From Phoronis australis (Eukaryota > Animalia > Phoronida): a stretch of DNA of 64,000 nt. The stretch spans positions 91,335-155,334 of the forward strand of contig NMRA01000220.1 of assembly GCA_002633005.1 (NCBI GenBank). Direction: 5' to 3'. Positions 47,477-60,609 of this stretch are shown one piece after another. Positions within the stretch are counted from its first letter, which is position 1, and every line of letters starts with the position of its first letter. Under the pieces are notes generated by a model, which saw nothing but the letters and a program-made list of their open reading frames with translations, made no database searches and had not been told where the DNA came from. The position numbers and the translations under genes were made by a program.

Positions 47477-50217
47477 TAAGTTAAAAAAGCACAAAATACT
47501 CTCATGACTGTCACTTATCGAGTTAAGTTAAGCTCTGTAAGGCAAAGTGCTACACTACGACCGTGGAGGTTGCAAGTCCGTTTCCAGAAATCAAATTTAT
47601 ATGTGATAAATATGTTACTCGTGCAAGAATGACTACTTGTTCATGTTTTGCTTTGCACTGGGCAGTCTATTTGTGGAGTTGTTCACTTGTTTTTAACCTT
47701 TACATTTGACTATTTTATTTAAAACAATACTTAAAGTGCTTGCTTTCAGAGACTTCACACTAAAACGAGGCGAACTTGAGATGGTTTAACACAAAAATAT
47801 AGCCCATGTGATTCCCCTGGTCAGAGCACAGCCTTGGAAAACGGAAAGTGTTAACTCTCCTCCTTTCCGGGCTCATTTCATCTGGCAAGCACAAAATCAA
47901 AACAATCGTATGGCCATTGAAACACATGGGTGTCTTAACACAATAGCCACACTAACTGTGAACTTGGGATGTGCACTCACAGCCTCACATTATACATCCT
48001 TAGAACTTGTAGAACAGGTTTTGTTATAAGCGCCACCTATTGTTTTTGTTGAATTCTTCCACTGCCTCCTAATGGTGTTCTTTTTCAGCAACTGATGGCA
48101 TGCAGATTCGCCCAAGGTTCCTTATGGACTGAACATGCTATGTTGCAAGAGGAATAGTCGAACAGCGGTGTAATTGCCTATTGATCTATGTTCAGTTCTT
48201 GGTCGCAGCCTGTATATTTGTGCCTTATTCTGTGACAGCCATGTGTGTGGTAACTTACCTGAAGGCAAACCTATCTTTGGGAATACTAAAGAGTTTTGTG
48301 ACATGCAGTCAGTTGTTGCTGACCTCTGTAATAAAAAAACTATTTGAATGCAATGCACTGAAAGGATCACATAATTTGACTTGCTTGGCATTAGCAGGTA
48401 AGTACTCGTTCAAGTGTTATGAATGTGCTTCTAACAATGTCTAAGGACCTTCCCTCTGATTTTGTCAGTTGCTTGTTTTTGGCATCCTATGAAGCTTATG
48501 GTGATAGAAAGATTTCTTCTGGGTAATCAGGGCATTGATTAGATTTTTTGTAAAGTATGTGTCAACCCCTTGAACGAATGACTTTTCTCCACAGATGTAC
48601 CATAGGCACAGGAATGGGGTTGAATAGAAAATGTTGACTCAAAACTTCATTCCCCTGTTTAGTTGCCTGACAAACATCGTCTGGAGTCATCCACTTATCC
48701 TTTCAAAATTGGTCCTAAAATTTTCTCCGCAGTTCTGACAGAACTAAATTTCCTTTGTTTTAATTTCTATTGAGCACCTGGTTATAGGAAACTAAGGCCC
48801 TAGTTTTCTGGCTATCAAAATAAGTGTGGTCTAGTTAAATTTATAAATATTGTTCAAGCTTTATATGTGGTATTTCAACTTGATGCATGATTTTCATGGA
48901 ATAATTTATTTTGGGTATTTATAAGTGATGTGGCAATAAAAACTTGAATTTAATAATTCAGACAGGTTGTTTTTATTTACAAGTGCATTATTGCTCCTTT
49001 AGGTTTTTTAACTCTCTTGAAACATTTCTGATGTGGATTCTTGATTTGAATTAAATATTGTTTATCCCATACCCGTTGAATAAGTCGAGTGCTTCGGCCA
49101 TGTGATGTTATTTTCTGTATTGCACTCCCGGGACTACTTTACAGTGCCTTCTGACATGGAAAGTTCAAAAGGTAGGCCAGTGTCGACTCGATGTCGTTAG
49201 CCTGATCGATCATCAAACTTTCTCAAAATAGTTCAAAGTAATAAAATTGCTGCAGTATAAATAACACTCAACATACAACCAGGTCCCAAAACATAGCATC
49301 TAGTATAAAACTGTTAATTATATGACACTTCTGTCTCAGTTTTATTTGTTAAATATTATATCGTCTGCAACTCACCGGGGCATCGATTCCTCGGCAACTT
49401 CAATGTTAAATATTTTTGTTATTTAATTATTTTCAGGAAATGTTACCAAGTTAAATGCACAATTGTCACGGTTGTTTTCATCTTTGTTATCTCTTTTCAA
49501 GTATTAAATAGTTTCATTTGAAACTGCTTCTTTTACTAGAGTAAATTTGTAACATAACGGGCAAGTACATATAAATATAGGATGTGATCCGCCACGTGAA
49601 CAGTCTGGGTAATGTATTCTTTAAAAAAATCTGCCGAAAAATGAAGAAACTTAAAGAAATGGAAACATCTTGGATGAATACAAAACGTTTTCGGTCTCGG
49701 TCGACACGCGGAATAATGTCTCGTGGGGTATTACTAATTCATGTACGCCACAGTGGCGAGTCTAGGATATCATGAGGGGGCAACATTTTGTCTCGTAGTA
49801 GAGGCTCGTAGCGATGAATGGGCGGAGGTCCGGATAGGTATTGCCTCTCTTCCAACCCGGGGAAAATTTTGTTTTTGCCTCTGAAAATGGTCTGTAATCC
49901 TTTTCCCTTGATTTTGGTGATAACAAATTAAGAATTTTATAATTGTTGACTAGGACCTCCTTTTTAAGAAAAAACATGATCCGACCCCCGTTAAATCCTT
50001 TATAGGCCGCTGGTTACGCTCCAAGTACAATTTTCCTGAACGCTTTCGAATGCTTTTGGGTGACGGATTAAAAACCAGGTTTCGGTTTCACTACCCTCTG
50101 GGTTAGGGATAGGGATGGGGTTCAGTTAGCGTTATACTGTAAGATAGGAACGACCTTGTAGTTGGGAATTGTTTTAATGTAGGCCCTCCGTTGTTCGTTG
50201 CATCACAGGTTTCCACA
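47477..50217 (+). repeat. 2.7-kb duplicated block, copy 2 (starts exactly at the gap edge)
   Basis: Begins at the first base after N-gap 46806-47476; homology ends at ...caggtttccaca. Confidence 0.95.
48089..48132 (+). other. Identical second copy of the ZC3H3 terminal coding exon inside the duplicated block
   Basis: Same acceptor and same 44-nt coding sequence as 44321-44364. Confidence 0.8.
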
Positions 50218-52251
50218 CGTATTTATGGCACATTCTCTACTGACCTACATCGAGTTTCAAAGAATGTATTCATCTCGCCGATTCTTTACTACACTAGTAT
50301 CGTGGATTTCAACGACCTGTTGTGTGGTAGGTCTACTCCTTGCTTTCTTCATAGACCCTCTTGATTGGTTGGGTTATCTGTGACGTCAGAGTGTGCGCTG
50401 GGAACCAAGTTAGTTCTTGCATGGTGAGTCTACTGACTGTCAGCTGGTCTCTCCACCTGGTGACTACTCACTGGCTAGGTCACTGAAACGAAGCTAGTTT
50501 TAACACCCTGACAGGTGTCGTTGTTTTGTGTCTTGATTGTCCAGTCACCTGGTGACACCCTTTAAAGTAATACAATAATAAACTAACTTCGTGAAATGTC
50601 CAAGCAACCCCGCAATATTCACGTACCAATGACACAAAATTATTATCAGGTACTATTTTCGCCACTCACTCGCCATTTAAAGAGAGATTTGCATTTTAAT
50701 TACTGTCAGCTCCCCATGGAACAGAATGTAGAAATCGGTTTTGTTTAATGGGTACGGCCCCTAATCGTGATGGCTCAGTGCAACCCGGCAAATCAGACAC
50801 AGGTCGTCTGTGCCAGTGAAGACTAACGAGCGACCATGGTCGCTCTAACAAGTAAGGATAAAGTAGTGTTTTTGTTGCAAGTCCAACATTTGATGAATTC
50901 CTTTCGCAACACTAACTCCATTTCTTTTATAAGTACAGTGTACAAACTGAATCGTTTTGCGCAGTAATTTTGACTCGTTGTGCAAAGATCCGAAAACGAT
51001 ATCCATCATGTTTAAGACAAAGGTTTCTTTTTCACGGGCTTGCACCTAGTCTAAAAGCAAAGTTAATCCACTCATTTATCAGTAAGTTAACAACATGCTT
51101 TCGCCGAAGAACAGGTCTTAGGAGACCAAGTTCACAACACCTACATGTATAATGGCTGTGGCTAATATTGAGACTTCGAAAACAATTTAATGTCCCTAAC
51201 TACAAACTATACGACAGCAAGAGATTTCTTTCTTCGGTGATCCGTGCGGAGACATTACGGCGTTGTTGATTTCATAGCCCAACAACAAGTTGGGAGGATG
51301 ACCGCTGTAGCCAGTATCTTACACGAATGGTTAACTCCATTCTGGCATTTATGATTGGAGGACCAGCTCATTTGTTCGATAATTGCTCTAATTTCCGATA
51401 AGATCGTATCTAGCCTGACTGGGCTGTGCTGCTAAACTTGAAATAAAATTTAAGTTGTAACATATTTGCATACAAACCGATAGCATTTCTAAATACCTCG
51501 TCAAATGTTGATCATGATTAGTTTTAGATTCACCAAAATCGCCCAATGACAATCTATTCTTTCCGAATGCATTAGGTTTGACTGTGTTCACGTAGTCGGT
51601 AATAAGCCTGGTAGATAATTGGCCTGCATGTGGTAACGTCAGACAAAAAAACTACGCTCTGCAGATAACAAAGGTGCCGTGACGGTTGCTCGTAAAGCAT
51701 GCCGGGGCTAAAATTCGGATATGTAATGTGGTCCAAAAAGAGAACGTTCTCGCGTTACCTTCCGCCAAACTTTCAAATTGGGCGTGCTTAAATGATTGAT
51801 TGCGCCTCATTTCATACTCTGACGGAACTTTTTAGTCTGAGAAGTTTATCTGGCTGTGTTTTTGCGTGTTACTTACGTCGCTGGAAATAGGAACAGCCCA
51901 CTATTATGAAGGTTAACTACTGCGAAAATGTCTAAAACTTCGAACTCAGGTTTAATTTTTATACTTTTGTATGCAAAAGTAAACGACACTTCGGTATGAT
52001 TAGATGTACCTATACCGAAAACAACGTCCGGGTCATATTTTCATGCACATAAGGAATTACCCGCAGGTAGAGTCTTACGAATACGGAAAATGAGTACGTT
52101 CTTGCATTTTTAAAAGGATACCAAATCCGGTTTGGCCTATTGACAGATACTAGAAATGATTTTCCTATACAGTTCTCTGAAAGAAAAGTTTGCTGAAAAT
52201 TTTGAATCAAAACTTCTTTCAAAGTTTGCTAAACGGGCAAGCGTGACCTAC

Positions 52252-52313
52252 GTCGGAGTAGCGAACCTTCGGAGTATTGGACTTTCGGAATAGTGAACCT
52301 TCGGAATAGTGAC
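52252..52313 (+). repeat. 16-bp tandem repeat (TTCGGARTAGYGAACC), ~4 copies
   Basis: tcggagtagcgaacc ttcggagtattggact ttcggaatagtgaacc ttcggaatagtgac. Confidence 0.8.
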
Positions 52314-52881
52314 ATGTAACTTTGGAAACCTTTTCCATCAAAGTCTGCAAGGCTGTGTACCATTGACAGTGATTGAAAAAAGAATACTTTCTTCAATGAC
52401 CGAAGTATTTATTAGGTCTGGACCTACTTTTCCCTACTACTGTGAAAATACTCGTCGGAGTTTTCTCAGTGCAAGAACACAACGATAGTTAAATACCTCT
52501 TGCTTGAGCAACGGCGGAGGTTCTCCTACAATGAACTTACCGCAGGCGTGTACTGAATTTAAAAGAATGAGAACGCACACACGTGTACACGTGAGTGCAT
52601 GTCAATCCTCCATTCCACAATTCAAAGTGAACAGTTGATGAACAACAATAATTTGACGATCACCTTCAATTCGAAATTTGAAAATGCCTGCACTTTACGG
52701 CCGTACTATGCTAGCAAGTATACCAAAATAGCAGATAACGAACATATTTTCTACTGTTTTGTTTCTTGGTCGATTTTTAGGCATTCACACAACACTACTT
52801 TTTTGAGCTCTTTGTCTGCTTTAAAGCTTAGCTACATGTAGTTAAGGAATTTACTTCAAGACTCCCTTGCTTCCTTATGGT

Positions 52882-53307
52882 CTATCGTTGACCAAATGGG
52901 TGAACGTTACGCCGTTAAATTGTTGCGTAAGATAATTCTTGTTAGAGACGTAAAGTAATTATTTTGTGCGTAAAATAATTTTTTGTGGCTTAAAAAGTAA
53001 GTATTTACGGGGAAAGTAATTATTTGCGGCGTAATTATTTGCGGCATGAAGTAATTATTTGCGGTGTTATATGTGCGGCGTAAAGTAACCTTTTACGGTG
53101 TAAAGTAATAATTTACAGCGTAAAGTAACTTTCAGCACCGCAAATAATTACTTTACGCCGTGATGTAATAATTACATTACGGTGCAAATAATTACTTTAT
53201 GCTGTGAATAATTAGTTACGCCGTCAATAATTACTTTACGCCTCTAACAAGAATTAACTTATGCATGTAATTTAACGGCTTAACGTTCAAACATTTGGCC
53301 GACGATA
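52882..53307. mobile_element. Foldback-type element with long inverted arms built from ~20-bp tandem repeats
   Basis: Outer arms tatcgttgaccaaatg..tgaacgtta.gccgttaaatt and aatttaacggcttaacgttcaaacatttggccgacgata. The inner (gcggcgtaaagtaattattt)n array flips orientation near 53130. Confidence 0.8.
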
Positions 53308-56300
53308 ATATCGACGATAGTGCTGTAGCAACCACGCACGTTCAATACCAATAAATGACGTAAAGCCTCTTCTGCACGATCCTGTCATCTGCGCAAACAA
53401 CACTCGGGCGAAGTTGGGCCGGTAACGACCCGATGATTACGTGAAGTGCGTCAAATTAGAAGCAAATTCACAATTACTACTAACTTATTTACATTTTTCA
53501 TTCTTTTGTAGTTAGTACCAGTAGCTGCAACAATCTTGTTGTTGCTGCATGTCCATCTATATCCTATCTTTAACGGATAAGCTGGGCTGGATCTTTTCCG
53601 CGGGGTGCGATCGACCTCCCCCCCGAACAGGATGGCTACGGGCCTGGTGAAGGCATCATTTGAAAGGTTTTTGACAAGGATGAATGGACGCGGTGGGATC
53701 AGGCATGGAGTCTATTACATACAGTGTAGATGAAATCATAGATCCTGCGATACTGAACAAATAGACCTCGTGAAGCCTTACAAGATATATGCCTTGCGTT
53801 CGCTACGACTTACCTTTGTGGAGTTATTACAAATTTGTGATGCCTGTTTTTTTGTTGAATGATAATTTTTTATTTCATTGCGCACTTCCCCTCCATTCTG
53901 AAAAGCTGTGTTTATTAATCATTATATCGTTCTCTTTATCGGGGTCTCTGAAGTTGTCCTCAGTACATTGTCGTTGGTGTCATGGTTGTCGTTCTAGCCA
54001 ATGATCTAAATATAGAAGACTTGAAGTCACGTGGTTTACGTTGGGCGGAGTGGTCCGCCATCTTGGTGATGAATCACATGAGTCGAGCTGCCTGTGTACT
54101 GTATCTAACAACACGTGATTTCATGTAAAACTCATAGCTTTAATGTTAGGACCATCAAGTGCAAACTAGGATTTTTAGAAAATCATGCAAGAAAACCATT
54201 GCATACTTGAGCACAGAAGTAAAGAGTCTTAACACGTACTTCTCTTTAGTTCGTGTTAAGGTATAGCGAAAAACATCATCAAAAATAAAGTTTGATTTCC
54301 AGTAAAAAGATTAGACCCAGAATCAGTGATATAATTTTTTGGTCTTTTGAGGCTTAAAAATTGAAACAGAAATAAAAAATGAGTTTGTGGGTAAGAATCC
54401 GATCGCAGAAACAATTGTTCAACTTCATTTGGTCTCTAAAACACTGACTTTTACTGAGTCGGTGTTTCATGGTTTTTTACTTGACTTTGCGTCGTAGTCC
54501 GATATGTCTTTAAGGGTTTAGTGACCCTATTCTCTCCAAGATATCTGTTGTTTTCTATCAACGAAGAAACACAAAAAGTGACTACAAGATTAATAGTTGT
54601 ACATTTTTAGAGAATGGACACGAATTCGATGATTTATTAATATAGCCAGGTTTTTAGGAATAGGGCAGGAAGGAAGGGAGACCCCAAGAACGCTACACCC
54701 CACAATGTTATATTGGGACTGTAGATGGGTTGTTTCTGTAGATTTTAAGAGATGGGACAAATGTTATGTAGCCTGGCAAGCTATTCAAATTTGCAACTGT
54801 CTTACTTGAGGAAAACCATCATTTTTATATTCTTTCCTGTTTGGTCTTCTGATACTTACAGTACAATGCCTGGGTATGTAGGACAGGACAAGTAGAGTTT
54901 ATGACCATTGACATTTGTCATATTTATTTTGTGGTGAGGTGTTGCCAATGTAAATGTACTAGTAACAGAATTGTGTGCCAGTAAATGTCGGATCCAATTG
55001 AATCGAGGGATTAAATTAGAGTTGGTTGAAATCTAACTTTTGCTGAAGTGGAGTGAATGCACCAGAACGGTACAGTAACATTGCACCACCTAGTTGCATT
55101 TCCCTTTTACGTCACTGTGTGATTTTACTAAATGATGGTGATATTTTGAAATAAATATCTTTTGAAGTAAATCAAAACTTTATTGTTTGAAATGGTTACA
55201 GTATCTCAATGTGTTGTTTCTGTGTGAACATTTTTTGTTGTCCTTCTCGTTCTGGATGGACAGTCAGATGGAAATTGCTTGTTATTGAAAGAAAAAATCT
55301 GCGATTCCGCCCATCATGGTCGGATAAAAGGGGTACATTTATTGGTGTAAAAATTAATATTGGTAAAAATTAATAATGTGAACGCCTTTTTAAAACTTTA
55401 GTTGCGTTTAAGTACATGTATTGCAATCGTCGTGTTGTTTTACAACAGAGTCTATGACACAACTGTTTGGACTGTGAGACCATGTCTTTTCAAACTGTAC
55501 AAACTATAAGTTCACCACGTTAAGATGAACTGGGTACTAAGACAAGAGACACCAGATAGTTTAAGAAATGTAGCGTATCACTGAAGTAATTTTTGTTGAG
55601 ACACCTCAGCACCCCTTAAATGCGTTTTATTTTTGAAAAAACACCTGCATATTGATTCTTTGGTATAACTTGAAGTGTAGACAATTCCAATCACCTTTCG
55701 GGAAGTTTGGTCTGTGCAAATGCATATTTCAACCTCCGGCTTTGGCCGCCGAAACAGTGGTGTGCACAAGGACACGCGGCTGACTGATCTATATGTGTGT
55801 CTTACCAACCAGTACAGGGTGTTTTGGTGTCTTTTGTGCATTCTTGTTTTTTCTTGAAATACTTAAATGTTAACATATCAGTTTCTGTAACGCTATCGTT
55901 TTGCAAAATTTTGCTCCCTACTTTTATTCAAACTGGCCTATGTCCTCTATTCCGAACATGCACATGTACACAAACATGTACAGCTCCATTGGTCAATTAT
56001 TGCATATAAAGACACGACTTTACATGCACGCATACTGCTGTTTATATGCGCATCGATTTCCGTGGGTTTCTATTCAATTTTTTCTACTTAGTGTTCGAAT
56101 GTTTCACACAAACGCACGCCTCAAATCCTTTTGTTAGAATAAATCAAGTTGCGTCGGGTCAAGGAATTTCTGGACTCGGACTAAAAACTTTGGGAATGCA
56201 TTGATGAAATGGCGCCGGAGAGCAGCCCCTTTGACACCTATCGTCTTGACGGTTTATAAACAACTGAAAAATAGATTCTATTCAGTTATAACGACGACAA

Positions 56301-57589
56301 AGGTTAATCAGTGTGTTATACCACGTAGTATAACAGAAATATTTTTCAAACTGTAAACATTTCAGTGATTGTCTTTTCGACTGAGCGGGCAACACTCCGT
56401 GGCCCCAGCAGCACTCCGTGAGAATTTGAGCCTACGCGTTAGGAATTTTGTCTTTGCAACGGCTTATATGACCGTTTAAGCAATGCGTGGGTCACAGGTT
56501 TACATTGCTTTATGATATCAATATTTTAAAACCTCGTTTGTATTTAATTTCCCGGCTTCCATAAGGCCACCGTGTTATTGTCCTGGCGGGCTATCAACGT
56601 TATGATTGATAAATACATGCATGCTATGTCCTGCGAATCACTTGAGCAAAATTGTTTTTGGAAACCGCCCAGGAAACAAAATGCATTCAGCTGGGCTGTC
56701 TCTCACAGTTTCTGCTTGTGGGGTTAAGTAAATTATATGTAAGCAAACTCATATATTTGCCCATTATTTTAGGACATAATTAAACACACACAGTGGCGTT
56801 AAGTGCCGCCAGACAGGAAATGAACGAACATGATATAGCCACGATTTGAACTTTGGCAGTGGCTAGGCAAACACCACTAAGTAAAACGATGTGTAACACT
56901 ATCGATTTTATGAAAAAAGGTTGTACCTCATTAATCGATATCATCGAACAACAGTTTTTTATCTATTACGATAGGGACTGCAATTAACGTTTATGTTTAT
57001 TTATCTGCACTAGTTTCGGCTGCAGGATCTGGAATCCTCAGAAAATGTCGCGGTGGTTTTCAATACAGTGCCGCTTCAAATGTAATGTTTTGTATTAGAA
57101 CTCAGTAATTCTACAACAGCACTTAATCATTAAAGGTCATATTTCCTCAAACATTTTCTAAAACACTTAGTTTTTAACGCAATTTTTAAAATCTTTAGTT
57201 ATTTTGGAAACTGATTATGTTCACGGAAAAAAATTCCTGGAAATTTGTTGTCGTGTGACCTAGAAATTGCGTTTTTACGGTGACAGTCTTGACTTTCACA
57301 CACCTGAAAATTTTGTTTCGAAATTGTTACTTCCTTCTCATTTGTGAAGACTTTTCTCTGTTCGCACGCGACAGGTTTCATTTCTCATCTGATTGACATG
57401 AGAGTTATTTAAAAGCTGCAGCCTCTGAATGTCTCAAACCCTATTGTTTTTCGTTACGATCAGATCCAAGGTGGCAGAAATAGTGGCCGTTTTGTTTTAA
57501 AAAACCGCACTTGAATGCTTCGCCAACCCGCATTTATCATTATGGTGCATTCACAAGTAACGCGTTTATAGACTCACAAAAAAAACTGG

Positions 57590-57721
57590 AACACCACTGT
57601 GAATTGCGCGTTTGCGCATGTTAATGGACTTATGCCTCATTTTCTCGGACTTTTTTTGTCTCTCAGAGGCCACTTTACCAAATGGGGGGGGGGGGGGGGN
57701 GCTCCCCTGGGTGCGCGCATG
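57590..57721 (+). mobile_element. CATG-TIR MITE, 3' half
   Basis: tctcggactttttt..ctc.gaggc...ccaaatggggg...ccctgggtgcgcgcatg. Confidence 0.7.
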
Positions 57722-59265
57722 ATCTTGACAGTCAGCTGTTTGTCGAATGACTGTAAACGCATGCGCGCATATGTCATAAGTGGAAGGGAGGTTAGAAACT
57801 TTATTGTGACTACAGAGATTTTTCTTCTAGTATATTTAAAAAATCGTGAATTATGTCATTTTTCTGGATGCTCCCTCACAGGGGAAAGTGAATTATAACT
57901 GTGTAGCAGACATTGCAAGATGGTCCTTTCGTCAGGAATAAAGACATTTTTTACGTCAGCTTTCCGTTATCCATACCTCTTGAATACATTATCTCGATTT
58001 CTTTTCTATTTTCACGCATTTCGAGATATTGCGTTTTATTTAGTAAATTCGACTACAAATTGAAAATTGACGAAATTTGGCAATTCTTTTTGAATTCATT
58101 TGTTAAATAGACTCGTAGATGAGCTTTGAGGGTATATGTTTGGTTTTCACCTCCAACGTTCCGTTGAATGCTTTTGAGACTTGTATCCGGGTTAGACACA
58201 ATAAAAATCGTCTTCCGCGGGTATCAGACTAACGTTATATGTCGTACTTCGAATCTTTCTTCGCAAGTCATTCGAGACTGTTCACTGGGGCCAACATACA
58301 TGTAGGAAAGTGAAAGTTCGAAAATCTGACTGAGCGGCTTAGTAAATTATAACCTCTGTAGACGATGGCCGGCAAAATTGGCAATGCTGAAACTTGTCAA
58401 TAGTTCCAATTTCTAAAAGGCGTAAAAAGTGAAGGGTAGTAGATGAATATGAAAGCCGTTGTTTTGTGAATCAATTAGGCTAGCTTCCACTGGACACCCT
58501 TAGTATCTCATAGGTCGAGAAGCGAGGTATCTACTAAATAACGAGCTCTGTTCAGTGGAAGTAATTGGTAATCTTTCTTATTCAGAACCCGGGAACGTCA
58601 GAATCAGCTTTTTAACCCTATGCGTTTTGACTTTTTCCCTTCGTTGACACGTTTTGGAATTCGTTTTGTTAAAAACTTGTGTGCTGTAAATAACTTTTGT
58701 CTTTGTCACGTGGCGTGACCTGTTCTTTTGGGATAGTATGATGGGTCATTTGCCTTTTGTACATGTTTTAAACTTGTTTCTATCGATGTATTTATTTGGT
58801 TTCATTATTTTTCAGAATTAGTGTCGCGATCTCATTATCTGTTTAAATACACGCTATATGTTGCATTTCTCGCCCAGTCGACCTGAAATAATTATGCACA
58901 CTGCACCGAACTCGTCAATAGCACGAGGCCAGGGAACTGTTTCATGAAAAGTGAGTAAGACTTAGGTCAGACATTTGGCCTTATGCTCCACACAACCATT
59001 TCTAGTGAAAAAAATATAAAATGTGACCTCTTTTATTTTCAGTATTGCCCCTTATGGGCATCAAATTTCGTTGTTTCTAAGTAAGTATATTCTATTCAGA
59101 ATTAGGCAATTTTAAAAGTCAATTTTCAAAAAAATGTGGAAGTTTAAACATTGGACATTTTGGTTTTTATGGAGTACATGTACATTGGTTTGTGTTATCA
59201 AAAATATCAAAATAACTCCCCCCAAAAAGAATGGTCACAGAACTGGTGTCATTGTACTATCTAGC

Positions 59266-59425
59266 ATCCGAATTCAAGATGGGATCCGAGATCAAGATAG
59301 GATACGGGCTCAAGACATGATCCGGGTTCAAGATATGATCCGGGTTCAAGACATGATCCGGGTTAAAGATATTATCCGGGTTCAAGATAAGATCCGGGAT
59401 CAAGACATGATCCGAGTTCAAGATA
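59266..59425 (+). repeat. 18-bp minisatellite (ATCCGGGTTCAAGAYATG), ~9 copies
   Basis: Directly visible; it produces the IRVQDM repeat in ORF 59134-59463. Confidence 0.92.
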
Positions 59426-59722
59426 TCCAAATTGCTTTGTTAATACCCATCCTAAAGAGGTGAAGCAGAACTACGATATCAACGTTTTGTTATCATTGGA
59501 AACACAAACTTTGGGAAATGCAGTAAAAATGAAAGCAGTTCTTGTGCACCGTGAAGTGTGATATTTGCACTGATAATTGATTATGGACGTCTGACGCTAT
59601 GTTACCTAAAGGAAATAAATATGAGTTCGTTTGAATCGATAATGTATTCGCCTCTGGAAATTGGGCAAATTCACCGTTCGTAGAAAGAGTCAGACGAGAA
59701 CTGCCTAGAATTTGTCTGAACT

Positions 59723-59986
59723 CATGGGCGCACCCGGGGGGGGACTCGGGGGCTCTAGTGAGGTCCCCAATTTGGCGATTTGGGCAAAAAGGTCCGCCTT
59801 AACAAAAAGTCCGAGCAAACGAGGCAAAAGTCCACAAAGTCCACAGGAATTCGGCGAGGATGCACAATTCGTAAGTCTGAACCTGGTGGGGCCCCGTTTT
59901 TTTAGTCCTCGTTGATTTTTTTCAGTAAAAAGTCCGCATACCGAAAAATTCGAACCCCCCTATATTTTAGGCTGGGTGCGCGCATG
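59723..59986 (-). mobile_element. CATG-TIR MITE, full copy
   Basis: catgggcgcacccgg ... ctgggtgcgcgcatg. Confidence 0.8.
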
Positions 59987-60028
59987 CAAATTATCGGAAT
60001 CTATGATTGCATGTATGGCTGACCATGG

Positions 60029-60156
60029 AGGGGGTGTGGTATTGTGAGATAAGTGTTCGCTTAATTCTTTATTTTACTCGAGATCGTTGGTTGGAGTCCC
60101 ACTGGGGCACACTGCTAAAACCTTAAGCCAGGTTTCTATCTACTCAGCTTGGTTTT
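60029..60156 (+). mobile_element. SINE copy
   Basis: ataagtgttcgctt...ggttggagtcc...cacactgctaaaaccttaagccaggtttctatctactcagct matches the reverse complement of 42863-42981. Confidence 0.65.
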
Positions 60157-60194
60157 GACTATAATTAATAAAGCTTAAAAATGATTGCACGTGA

Positions 60195-60609
60195 ACGAGC
60201 CCCCAAATTTGGCGAATTGGGCAAAAATGTCCGCCTCAGTGAAACAAAAATCTGAGTAAACGAGACAATTCGCAATTTGTAGGTAGTGGCCCCGTTTTTT
60301 TAGTCCTCCTCGTTGAATTTTTTTCAGTAAAAGGTCTGCATACCGAAAAACTCTAGGCCCCCTATATTTTAGGCTGGATGAGCGCACCCAACCTAAAATG
60401 GGGGGGGGCTTACATTTTGAGAACGTGGACCTTTTACTAAAAAACGGGGGCGCGTTCAGAGTTATGGATTCTGAATTCGCTAAATTCCTGCCTTTTTAGT
60501 CGACTTTCGTCTCGTTTTGTACTTTTTCGGACTATTTGTTCCTCTGAGGCGGATATTGTTGCCCATTTCATTCGAGCCCCTCGAGCCAACCCCCTTGGGT
60601 GCTCGCACG
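60195..60609. mobile_element. Two CATG-TIR MITE copies fused head-to-head
   Basis: A minus copy (~60195-60385) and a plus copy (~60381-60609) meet at aggctggatgagcgcacccaacct. Confidence 0.7.

Noticed and set aside
46668-47514. Long ORFs spanning N-run 46806-47476
   Set aside because: Gap artifact.
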